Assembly (NCBI GenBank): GCA_031431875.1 | Contig: JANPEF010000129.1 | Coordinates: forward strand, 1 to 29,578 | Direction: 5' to 3' | DNA length: 29,578 nucleotides | DNA from: Candidatus Eiseniibacteriota bacterium | GTDB taxonomy: Bacteria > Eisenbacteria > RBG-16-71-46 > DASYSL01 | In this document: piece after piece, positions 12,405-20,729 of the stretch | Position numbering within the stretch: the first letter of the stretch is position 1 | How the letters are laid out: every line of letters starts with the position of its first letter | Made by a program: the position numbers and the translations under genes | Notes under the pieces: model-generated | The model's database searches: none | What the model saw: the letters and a program-made list of their open reading frames with translations, nothing else | What the model was told of the DNA's origin: nothing

Positions 12405-13523
12405 ATGGCCCACGCCTACACTCCCGGACTCCGGGTCACGCCGCAGACCATCGTCCGCCGCGAACGCCGCCTGCCGCTCAAGGGCGACGTGCTCGTCGCC
12501 GTCGGCGACCGCGTAAGCGCGACCTCCGTCGTCGCGCGCACCCTGCTGCCGGGCAACGTGCAGACGGTGAACCTCGCCTCGGCGCTGGGGCTCGAACCCT
12601 CGGAGGTCGCGGGCAAGCTGGCCGTCCCGATCGGCGGCACCGTCGCCGCAGGGCAGGTCATGGCTGCGACGAAGGCCCTGTTCGGGCTCATGAAGTCCGA
12701 GGCGAAAGCACCCGCCGCGGGCACGATCGAGAGCGTTTCCGACGTCACCGGGCAGCTCATCCTGCGCGAGCCGCCCATCCCGGTCGAAATCGACGCGTTC
12801 CTCGCCGGCACCGTCGTCGAGGTGATCGCGGGGGAGGGCGTTGTCATCGAGTCGCCCGCCGCGTTCATCCAGGGCATCTTCGGCATCGGCGGCGAGACGC
12901 ATGGTCCGCTCGTGATCGCCGTCGCGGGACCGGACGACGAGCTCACCGTCGACCGCCTCACGCCGGATCTCGCGGGCAAGATCGTGGTCGGCGGTTCGTA
13001 CGTGAACCACGCCGTGCTCAAGGAGGCGATCCGCCTCGGCGTGCGCGGCGTCGTCGTCGGCGGCTTCGACGACCGCGACTTGCGCGACCTCCTGGGCTAC
13101 GACCTGGGCGTGGCGATCACGGGGCAGGAGACGCTCGGCATCACGCTCGTCCTGACCGAGGGCTTCGGCCGCATCCGGATGGCCGAGCGGACGTTTCGCC
13201 TCCTGCAGTCGCTCGAAGGCAGCGCCGCCGCCGTCAGCGGCGCGACCCAGATCCGCGCCGGCGTGATGCGCCCCGAGATCCTGGTGCCACGATCGTCGGC
13301 GGCGAGCGATGCGACGGGCGGGAGCGTCACCGGCATGGACATCGGCTCGCTGCTGCGCTGCATCCGCGGCGATCACTTCGGTCGCATCGGCCGGATCACG
13401 GCGCTGCCGGCGCCGCTGCAGGAACTGGGCAGCGAGTCGCATGCCCGCGTCCTCGAGGCCGAGATCGAGGGCGTCGGACGCGTCCTCCTGCCGCGGGCGA
13501 ACATCGAATTGATCGAGGCCTGA
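12405..13523 (+). CDS. Hypothetical protein with barrel-sandwich hybrid (lipoyl/biotinyl-like) motifs, GlmL partner
   Basis: 372 aa, GAGGAG RBS; GDVLVAVGDRV and PIGGTVAAGQVMA...SEAKAPAAGTI hybrid motifs; C-terminal IGSLLRCIRGDHFGRIGRI (KOW-like). Confidence 0.8.
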   Translation: MAHAYTPGLRVTPQTIVRRERRLPLKGDVLVAVGDRVSATSVVARTLLPGNVQTVNLASALGLEPSEVAGKLAVPIGGTVAAGQVMAATKALFGLMKSEAKAPAAGTIESVSDVTGQLILREPPIPVEIDAFLAGTVVEVIAGEGVVIESPAAFIQGIFGIGGETHGPLVIAVAGPDDELTVDRLTPDLAGKIVVGGSYVNHAVLKEAIRLGVRGVVVGGFDDRDLRDLLGYDLGVAITGQETLGITLVLTEGFGRIRMAERTFRLLQSLEGSAAAVSGATQIRAGVMRPEILVPRSSAASDATGGSVTGMDIGSLLRCIRGDHFGRIGRITALPAPLQELGSESHARVLEAEIEGVGRVLLPRANIELIEA

Positions 13524-13546
13524 TCTGGGCAGCGCGGAATCGGTGA

Positions 13547-13576
13547 TTGACAGGTCGCGAGACCGGTTGCTAGCGT
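13547..13576 (+). promoter_or_regulatory. Internal sigma70-type promoter ahead of the membrane genes
   Basis: TTGACA (13547-13552), 18-nt spacer, TAGCGT (13571-13576) with extended -10 TG. Confidence 0.6.
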
Positions 13577-13638
13577 CCACGTGCTCAGTGCGGGAGTGTC
13601 CGACCCGCGCTCGTCCCCGTCCCGCGAGGAACCGTCGG

Positions 13639-14883
13639 ATGCCTGCCCGCGCCGCCCGCGTCACGCACTCCCGTCGTCCGCTTTCCTTCCTCGACTGCAT
13701 TCCACCCCTGATTCTCACGCTCGTGCTGACCCTGGGCCTCGGCGCACCGCGCTCGGCCCGGGGCCAGGACTCGCTCGTCGTGGCCGCCGCGGTCGTGGCG
13801 GCACCGGCTCCCGCCCCGGCGGGGGGCGTGAAGGCCATCGACGTGCCGAACGACCGCGGCGACGCAATCGAGGTGACGTGGACGCCCGCGCCACAGAAAT
13901 CCGCCGGCGACGGCATCGTCACGGCGTACCTGCTCGAGCGCGCGCCCGCCGTCGAGGGCCCGTGGACGCGCGTCGACTCGGTCGGCGCCGGCACCCACAA
14001 GAAGACCGACACCGTGAAGAGCGACACGCCGTACGTCTACCGCGTCACCGCGCTCGGGGCCGGCGGGGCCGCCGCGCCGGTCGTCTCGGAGCCGGTGGAG
14101 GCCTGCGCGCAGTGGTTCAACACCGGTCGCGTCAGCGTGCTGCTTGCCATGCTTCTGTTCTTCGGCCTCGTCATCCTCTTCACCCTTCGCGCCCAGGCGG
14201 GCGAGAAGCTGTTCATTCGCCGCATCGCGGGCATCGACGCGATCGAGGAAGCGATCGGCCGCGCCACCGAGATGGGGCGCTCCGTGCTCTACGTGCCGGG
14301 CATCAACGACATCGACGACATCCAGACGATGGCCTCGCTCAACATCCTCGAGTCCGTCGCCAAGGTGACCGCCAAGTACGAGACGCCGATCGTCGTCCCC
14401 TGCAACTACCCGGTCGTCATGACGCTGGCCCAGGAGATGGTGAAGAACGGCTACGTCGCCGCCGGTCGCGCCGACGGCTACGATCCGAACTCCGTGCGTT
14501 ACGTGACCACCGAGCAGTTCGCCTACGTCGCCGCCATCACCGGCATCATGCTGCGCGACAAGCCCGCGGCGAACATCTACCTGGGCTCGTTCTACGCCGA
14601 ATCGCTGCTCCTGGCCGAAACCGGCTTCTCGACCGGGGCGATCCAGATCGCCGGCACGGCGCAGGTCGCCCAGTTGCCGTTCTTCGTCGTCGCCTGCGAC
14701 TACACGCTGATCGGCGAGGAACTGTACGCCGCCGGCGCGTACCTGACGCGCGAGCCCCGGCTGCTCGGATCGCTCAAGGGCTCCGATTACATGAAGGTCG
14801 CGCTCATCGCGGCGATCGTCGTGGGCTGCGTGCTCGAGACGATCGGCATGACCTCGTTCAAGCATTTCTTCGCCTCGCAATAG
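13639..14883 (+). CDS. Membrane protein: signal-like N-terminus, fibronectin type III domain, TM, alpha/beta domain (DUF6754-like), C-terminal TM
   Basis: ATG 13639 after GAGGA; FN3 pattern AIEVTW..AYLLER..YVYRVTA; TM VSVLLAMLLFFGLVILF; IRRIAGIDAIEEAIGRATEMG; LIGEELYAAGAYL. The DUF6754 assignment is from recall and unverified. Confidence 0.8.
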   Translation: MPARAARVTHSRRPLSFLDCIPPLILTLVLTLGLGAPRSARGQDSLVVAAAVVAAPAPAPAGGVKAIDVPNDRGDAIEVTWTPAPQKSAGDGIVTAYLLERAPAVEGPWTRVDSVGAGTHKKTDTVKSDTPYVYRVTALGAGGAAAPVVSEPVEACAQWFNTGRVSVLLAMLLFFGLVILFTLRAQAGEKLFIRRIAGIDAIEEAIGRATEMGRSVLYVPGINDIDDIQTMASLNILESVAKVTAKYETPIVVPCNYPVVMTLAQEMVKNGYVAAGRADGYDPNSVRYVTTEQFAYVAAITGIMLRDKPAANIYLGSFYAESLLLAETGFSTGAIQIAGTAQVAQLPFFVVACDYTLIGEELYAAGAYLTREPRLLGSLKGSDYMKVALIAAIVVGCVLETIGMTSFKHFFASQ

Positions 14884-14901
14884 GCGCCGGGAGAGACCGC
14901 G

Positions 14902-15558
14902 ATGATGAACCTGCTTCCCGTCGTCCTCACCGCGATCGTCGGCATCGTGGTCATCCTGTCGTTCTTCGTGCCGCATCCCTACATCGCGGAGCCGGCGCAG
15001 AAGCTGCAGGACTGGGCGATCGTCATCGTCGCCTCGGGCTACGTGCTCGGCGCGGCGAACGTCTACAAGGTCAATGGTGAGTCGGCCATCAAGCGGCAGA
15101 AGGACTGGGTCTACAAGTGGATCCTGCTCGGCTCGATGACCGGCATGATGGTCGTCGGGTTCTTCTTTTCGGGCGGGACGCAGTTCCTCAACGAGGGATC
15201 GCCGTTCAAGTGGGGCTACGACTTCCTCTACGTGCCCATGCAGGCGACGATGTTCTCGCTGCTCGCCTTCTTCATCGCTTCGGCCGCGTTCCGCGCCTTC
15301 CGCATTCGCACCGTCGACGCCGCCCTGCTGGCCGTCGCCGCGCTCGTCGTGATGATCGGGCGCGTGCCCCTGGGCAACCTGTTCACCGCCGCGTTCCCCG
15401 AGCCCATCCAGTTGCCGACCATGGCGAACTGGCTGCTCGAGTGGCCGCAGAACGCCGCCAAGCGCGGAATCGCCATTGGCGCCGGCCTGGGCGTGATGGC
15501 CACCGGGCTGCGCATCATTCTCGGCATCGAGCGCTCGCACATGCGCGAGGAGGCCTGA
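14902..15558 (+). CDS. Hypothetical integral membrane protein (~6 TM)
   Basis: 218 aa, GGAGAG RBS, multiple hydrophobic helices; FSLLAFFIASAAFRAFR; RGIAIGAGLG..LRIILGIER. Confidence 0.85.
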   Translation: MMNLLPVVLTAIVGIVVILSFFVPHPYIAEPAQKLQDWAIVIVASGYVLGAANVYKVNGESAIKRQKDWVYKWILLGSMTGMMVVGFFFSGGTQFLNEGSPFKWGYDFLYVPMQATMFSLLAFFIASAAFRAFRIRTVDAALLAVAALVVMIGRVPLGNLFTAAFPEPIQLPTMANWLLEWPQNAAKRGIAIGAGLGVMATGLRIILGIERSHMREEA

Positions 15559-15559
15559 C

Positions 15560-16393
15560 ATGGCGTTCGGCGACACCCTCGAGAAACTCGACCGCCGCTG
15601 GATCTTCCTCCTCGTCGCGCTGCTCGTCCTCATCCCGCTGCTGCGCCCGCTGCGCCTGCCGCTGGCCGTCTCCGGACCCGCGCGCAACTTCTACGAGGCG
15701 GTCGAGGCCGTCCCCGCGGGTTCGATCGTGGTCCTCGCCGGCGACTTCGACCCGGCGTCGGCGCCCGAACTGGTCCCCATGACCAAGTCCGTGGTGCGCC
15801 ACCTGTTCCGCAAGAACGTGCGCATCATCGCGCTCGAGCTGTGGGAAGGCGGGCCGCCGCTCGTCGACGCCATCCTTCACGACGTGGGCGACGAGCTGGG
15901 CAAGAAGTACGGCATCGACTATGTGAACCTCGGCTACAAGTCCGGGCGCGAGGCGGTGATGCCGTCGTTCGGCAACTCGTTCTCCCGCACGTTTCCCAAC
16001 GACTACAGCGGGACGGCGGTGTCGAAGCTGCCGCTCATGCGTGAGGCGGACACCTTCGCGCAGACGGCCCTGTTCGTGAACATCTCCGCCGGCTACCCGG
16101 GCACGAAGGAGTGGGTCCAGCAGGTGCAGGGCCGCTTCGACGTGCGGATGGTCTCGGGCTCGACGGCAGTACAGGCGCCGGAGATCTATCCGTACCTGCA
16201 GTCCGGACAGGTGGTCGGGCTGCTCGGTGGCATGGCGGGCGCCGCCGAGTACGAGAAGTCGATCAACGTCCCCGGCGCTGCCACGAAGGGCATGGACGCC
16301 CAGTCGAGCGCCCACATGTTCATCGCGTTCCTCATCCTGCTCGGCAACGCGATCTACTTCTCGCGGCGCGGCGCCGCGCGGAGGCCGTCGTGA
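15560..16393 (+). CDS. Hypothetical protein with N- and C-terminal TM helices flanking an alpha/beta domain
   Basis: 277 aa, GAGGAGG RBS; TM WIFLLVALLVLIPLL; YGIDYVNLGYKSG; GLLGGMAGAAEYE; TM HMFIAFLILLGNAIYF. Confidence 0.85.
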   Translation: MAFGDTLEKLDRRWIFLLVALLVLIPLLRPLRLPLAVSGPARNFYEAVEAVPAGSIVVLAGDFDPASAPELVPMTKSVVRHLFRKNVRIIALELWEGGPPLVDAILHDVGDELGKKYGIDYVNLGYKSGREAVMPSFGNSFSRTFPNDYSGTAVSKLPLMREADTFAQTALFVNISAGYPGTKEWVQQVQGRFDVRMVSGSTAVQAPEIYPYLQSGQVVGLLGGMAGAAEYEKSINVPGAATKGMDAQSSAHMFIAFLILLGNAIYFSRRGAARRPS

Positions 16394-17028
16394 ACATCTC
16401 CATGGATTTCGGCATCTGGGTCGCGGCGGCGCTCACGCTGTTCATCTTCTCGTTCCTCTACAAGGACAACCCGCTCTACAAGTTCGCCGAGCATCTCTTC
16501 GTCGGCGTCTCCGCGGGGTTCGTCGTCGTCCAGCAGTTCTGGCAGGTGCTGTGGCCGAACCTGATCCAGCCGGCGGTCACCAGGGGCACGCCCGAGGTGT
16601 GGAAGTTCTACGTCGGCGGCCTGCTCTGCGTCCTGCTGTTCACGCGCCTGTTCCAGGGCATCTCCTGGCTCTCGCGCTACACGATCGCCACGCTCATCGG
16701 GACGTTTGCCGGACTCAAGGTCACCGGATTCGCCCAGGCGGAAGTCGTCGAACAGGTCCGTGCCACGATGGTCCCGCTGTGGACCGGCGACCTGGGCAGC
16801 TCGATCAACAACATCATCCTCGTCGTCGGCGTGATCACCACGCTTGTGTTCTTCTTCTTCTCGAAGGAGCACAAGGGTGCGATCGGCGCGACCGCACGCG
16901 TGGGCATCTGGTACCTCATGGTCTCTTTCGGCGCCGCCTACGGGTTCACGGTGATGTCACGCATCTCGCTGCTCATCGGACGACTCATGTTCCTGCTCGA
17001 CGAATGGCTCGGGATCGTGCGCTTCTGA
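16390..17028 (+). CDS. Hypothetical integral membrane protein (~6 TM)
   Basis: GTG overlapping the previous stop (GTGA), GGAGG upstream; FSFLYKDNPLYKFAEHLFVGVSAG; many hydrophobic helices. Confidence 0.85.
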   Translation: MNISMDFGIWVAAALTLFIFSFLYKDNPLYKFAEHLFVGVSAGFVVVQQFWQVLWPNLIQPAVTRGTPEVWKFYVGGLLCVLLFTRLFQGISWLSRYTIATLIGTFAGLKVTGFAQAEVVEQVRATMVPLWTGDLGSSINNIILVVGVITTLVFFFFSKEHKGAIGATARVGIWYLMVSFGAAYGFTVMSRISLLIGRLMFLLDEWLGIVRF

Positions 17029-17831
17029 GCCTCGACTTCGATGACGTCCCGCGTCCGGGTGCGCTGCACATGGCCGACGACGCGGCACGCTTTTCAGCCG
17101 CGGAAGCTGCGCATGGTCCGCTCGCCGCCGGGCTGCGCTGGTTCACCTGGGATCGCCCCACGCTGTCGCTGGGCCGACTCGAGTCGCCCGCCGGGTTCGA
17201 TTCCGCGGCGCTCGCCGCAGCCGGCATCCCGCTCGTGGTCCGGCCCACCGGCGGCCGGGCCGTCCTCCACGTCGACGAATGGACCTACGCCGCGCTGATT
17301 CCACTCGACCATCCGACGCTGGGCGGGCCGCTCGCCCGCTCGACGCGGGCGTTGACCATGCTCATCGCCACGGCGCTCGCGGACGCCTTCGGCATCGCCT
17401 GCGATCCCGCCACGGAGGCGCGGACCCCGGTCCGCACCGGGACCGCTGTCGCGACGTGTTTCGCCCGCAGCTTCGGTTACGAACTGGGCGTGGACGGACG
17501 CAAGCTCATGGGCAGCGCCCAGCGCCGCGGGCGGCGTGCCCTGCTGCAGCAGGGGAGCCTGCTGGTCGGCCCTGGCCACGAGCGGATTGCCCGCCTGCTG
17601 CCCGGAGCACGGGCGGATCCCGCGCGCACCGCGCACGCCGAGTCCGATTTGCAGGCGCGAACCACGAATCTCACCGCGTTGCTCGGCCGGCGTCCCGACC
17701 CGCGGGCGTTCCGTGAGGCGCTCGCCGCGGCATGGCACGAGGCGGCGGGGTTGGGGCGTGACGTCCAGACCGCGCAAGGTTCCGGTCCATCCCACGCCGC
17801 GCCCCTTGACAGCCCCGGTAGACCTTCCTAA
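17004..17831 (+). CDS. Lipoate-protein ligase family protein, LipM-like octanoyltransferase
   Basis: GALHMADD, LRWFTWDRPTLSLG, VRPTGGRAVLH, CF..SFGYELGVDGRKLMGSAQ (Cys and Lys placed as in LipM), LLQQGS. Start uncertain (ATG 17004 or CTG 17025). Confidence 0.85.
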   Translation: MARDRALLSLDFDDVPRPGALHMADDAARFSAAEAAHGPLAAGLRWFTWDRPTLSLGRLESPAGFDSAALAAAGIPLVVRPTGGRAVLHVDEWTYAALIPLDHPTLGGPLARSTRALTMLIATALADAFGIACDPATEARTPVRTGTAVATCFARSFGYELGVDGRKLMGSAQRRGRRALLQQGSLLVGPGHERIARLLPGARADPARTAHAESDLQARTTNLTALLGRRPDPRAFREALAAAWHEAAGLGRDVQTAQGSGPSHAAPLDSPGRPS

Positions 17832-17834
17832 TCT
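17806..17834 (+). promoter_or_regulatory. sigma70-type promoter for the ABC transporter operon
   Basis: TTGACA (17806-17811), 17-nt spacer, TAATCT (17829-17834); overlaps the ligase stop codon. Confidence 0.7.
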
Positions 17835-17890
17835 CAAGCGTCATCGTCACTTGCATTGCAAATGGCGCACAGGCGCCGGGGGAGGAACGG

Positions 17891-19714
17891 ATGCGGAAGG
17901 GACGTCGGTGGTCCGGGAGCGCCCTGGCGCTCGTCGCGGTCGGTCTGGGGCTGCTCGTCGGTCCCGGCTGCGGGCGGAAGGAAAGCGCCCGGCCCTCGTT
18001 CGTCGACCCCCATCCCATCCCGGCCGGCGCGAACAAGCGCGCCATCGAGGGCAAGCACGGCGGCCGCTTCGTGTTCGTCACCATCGGCGACCCGAAGACC
18101 TTCAACCCGCCACTGGCCAACGAGGTCTCCTCGACCGACATCATCAACGGCCCGATGTTCGTCGGCCTGACCGCCTACAACAACGCCGACCAGCGCACCG
18201 AGCCCGGGCTCGCCGAGTCGTGGGAGGCGAGCCCCGACGGGCTCACCTACACCTTCAAGCTCCGCCCCGGTCTGCGCTGGTCCGACGGCGCCACCCTCGA
18301 CGCCGACGATGTCGTCTTCACAGCGAAGGTCTCGCTCGATCCAGCCCTGCCTGGCGCGACGCGCGACATCTTCCAGAGCGGCGGCAAGGTCTGGGAGTTC
18401 GTCAAGGTCGACAGCCTCACCATCCAGGTCAAGCTCGCCGCACCGTTCGGCCCGCTGGTCGACGTCATCGGCTCGATGTACATCGTGCCCGAGCACCGGC
18501 TGGCGGCGTCGTACGCCGACGGCACCTTCGCCTCGATGTGGGGGACCGACACGCCGCCGGCCGACATCGTGTGCAACGGGCCGTTCCGGCTCAAGGGGTT
18601 CGTCCCCGGCGAGAAGTGCGTGCTCGAGCGCAACCCGCACTACTGGGAGGTCGACCAGAACGGCTTGCGCCTGCCCTACCTCGACGAGTACGTGTTCCTC
18701 ATCGTCAAGGACCTCAACACGATGGCGCTCAAGTTCCAGGCCGGCGAGACCGACCTGATCGATCCCATCGTGCTCGACCAGGTGCCGCTGTTCGAGGACG
18801 AGGCGGAGAAGTCCGGCTACCAGGTCGTCGACCTGGGGCTCGACCTGGCGACCGACTTCATGTGGCTCAACCAGAACCCCGGCAAGGACCCGACCGGCAA
18901 GCCCTACGTCGAGCCTTACAAGCTGGCGCTGTTCCGCGACGTCCGCTTCCGCCGCGCCATCTCGCACGGCGTCAACCGCGAGGGCATCGTCAAGTCGGTG
19001 CTGCAGGGCCGCGGCGTGCCGCTGTACGAGCCGTACACGCGGACCAACAAGGCGTTCTGGAACCCGAACGTGCCGAAGTTCCCGTACGACCCGGAGAAGG
19101 CTAAGGCGCTGCTCGACGAGATGGGTCTGGTCGACAAGAACCGCGACGGCGTCCGCGAGACCCCGGCCGGCAAGCCGGTCGAGTTCACGCTGCACACGAA
19201 CTCCGAGAACAACCTGCGCAAGAGCTTCGGCACCGTCATCAGCGAGGACCTGGGCAAGATCGGCATCCGCGTCAACTTCGTGCCGCTCGAGTTCAACACG
19301 CTGATCACGCGCCTGCGGGCCGACTACCGCTACGACGCGATCCTGCTCGGGCTCGCCAGCTCGACGCCGCCCGAGGCCGCGCTGTCCGGCAACGTCTACC
19401 GCTCGAGCGGCATCACGCACAACTGGAACCCGCGGCAGAAGACACCGTCGACGCCGGCCGAGGCCGAGATCGACCGCCTCATGGACCAGTTGATCGCCGA
19501 GAGCGACATTGCCAAGCGCAAGGAGTACTTCGACCGCGTGCAGGAGATCATGGGGGAGGAGCAGTTCTCGATCTACATCGTGAACCGCAAGCTGTACGTC
19601 GGGCTGCGTGACTATGTCCGCAATGCCCGCCCCTCGGTCATCCGCCAGCACGTGACGTGGAACATCCAGGAGATCTGGGTCGACAAGGCGGACGCGAAGG
19701 TCGCGGCGCGCTGA
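17891..19714 (+). CDS. ABC transporter substrate-binding protein, family 5 (OppA/DppA-like), probable lipoprotein
   Basis: Signal with lipobox-like VGPGC; GDPKTFNP; PGLAESWEASPDGLTYTFKLRPGLRWSDG; DVRFRRAIS; YDPEKAKALL. Confidence 0.93.
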   Translation: MRKGRRWSGSALALVAVGLGLLVGPGCGRKESARPSFVDPHPIPAGANKRAIEGKHGGRFVFVTIGDPKTFNPPLANEVSSTDIINGPMFVGLTAYNNADQRTEPGLAESWEASPDGLTYTFKLRPGLRWSDGATLDADDVVFTAKVSLDPALPGATRDIFQSGGKVWEFVKVDSLTIQVKLAAPFGPLVDVIGSMYIVPEHRLAASYADGTFASMWGTDTPPADIVCNGPFRLKGFVPGEKCVLERNPHYWEVDQNGLRLPYLDEYVFLIVKDLNTMALKFQAGETDLIDPIVLDQVPLFEDEAEKSGYQVVDLGLDLATDFMWLNQNPGKDPTGKPYVEPYKLALFRDVRFRRAISHGVNREGIVKSVLQGRGVPLYEPYTRTNKAFWNPNVPKFPYDPEKAKALLDEMGLVDKNRDGVRETPAGKPVEFTLHTNSENNLRKSFGTVISEDLGKIGIRVNFVPLEFNTLITRLRADYRYDAILLGLASSTPPEAALSGNVYRSSGITHNWNPRQKTPSTPAEAEIDRLMDQLIAESDIAKRKEYFDRVQEIMGEEQFSIYIVNRKLYVGLRDYVRNARPSVIRQHVTWNIQEIWVDKADAKVAAR

Positions 19715-19753
19715 CGCCGCGACCCCGCGCGATCCCGCCCGCCCCGCCCGCCC

Positions 19754-20722
19754 GTGCGCACTTACCTCCTGCGACGTGTCCTCTCGCTCGTCCCGCTGCT
19801 GCTCGGCGTGACGTTCCTGGCGTTCCTGCTCATCTACCTCGCTCCGGGCGACTTCCTGTCGCAGATGGCCGAGAACCCCATGATCTCGGCCGAGACGATC
19901 GAGCGCATGCGCTCCAACTTCGGCCTCGACCGGCCGTGGTACGTGCAATACGGGCTGTGGCTCAAGAACGTGTTCTTCCACCTCGACTTCGGCGAGTCGT
20001 TCGCCTTCCGCCAGCCGGTGTTCCAGGTCATCGCGCCGCGGCTGGGGAACACGCTGATCCTCGCGCTCGCCGCCGCGGTCGTCGCCTGGGGCCTGGCGAT
20101 CCCGCTCGGGATCCTGTCGGCCGTGAAGCAGTACAAGTGGCAGGACAAGGCCGCCTCGTTCTTTGCCTTCCTCGGGCTGTCGATCCCCGAGATCTTCTTC
20201 GCCCTGCTCATGATGTACATGGCCGCCAAGACGGGGTGGTTTCCCGTCGGCGGCATGCGCTCGATCGACCATGACGAGATGCAGTGGGGGACGCAACTCC
20301 TCGACATCCTGCATCACCTCGTGCTGCCCGCGCTGGTGCTGGGCACCGTCCCCATGGCCGCCCGCATGCGCCAGATGCGCGCCAACCTGCTCGACGTCCT
20401 CCGGCTCGACTACGTGACGACGGCGCGGGCCAAGGGCCTCGACGAGGACGTCGTGGTCTGGAAGCACGCCGTGCGCAACGCGATCAACCCTTTGATCACG
20501 CTGTTCGGCTTCACCCTGGCGACGCTGCTCTCGGGTTCGTTCATCGTCGAGATCGTCATGGGCTGGCCCGGCCTGGGCAGCCTCACGCTCGAGGCGCTGC
20601 TCAAGCAGGACCTCTACCTCGTCATGGGCTCGGTCGTCATCGCGGCGACCATGCTCGTGCTCGGCAACCTGATCGCGGACGTGCTGCTGGTGCTGGCCGA
20701 CCCGCGGATCAAGTACGACTAG
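19754..20722 (+). CDS. Oligopeptide/dipeptide ABC transporter permease (OppB/DppB-like)
   Basis: FGLDRPWYVQY, DFGES, HLVLPALVLG, EAA-type DYVTTARAKGL..KHAVRNA, GWPGLG, ADPRI. Confidence 0.95.
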   Translation: MRTYLLRRVLSLVPLLLGVTFLAFLLIYLAPGDFLSQMAENPMISAETIERMRSNFGLDRPWYVQYGLWLKNVFFHLDFGESFAFRQPVFQVIAPRLGNTLILALAAAVVAWGLAIPLGILSAVKQYKWQDKAASFFAFLGLSIPEIFFALLMMYMAAKTGWFPVGGMRSIDHDEMQWGTQLLDILHHLVLPALVLGTVPMAARMRQMRANLLDVLRLDYVTTARAKGLDEDVVVWKHAVRNAINPLITLFGFTLATLLSGSFIVEIVMGWPGLGSLTLEALLKQDLYLVMGSVVIAATMLVLGNLIADVLLVLADPRIKYD

Positions 20723-20729
20723 GAGCGCG

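Noticed and set aside
19715..19753. C-rich (CCGC)n tract before the first permease
   Set aside because: Short low-complexity spacer; not a CRISPR or REP-like repeat.
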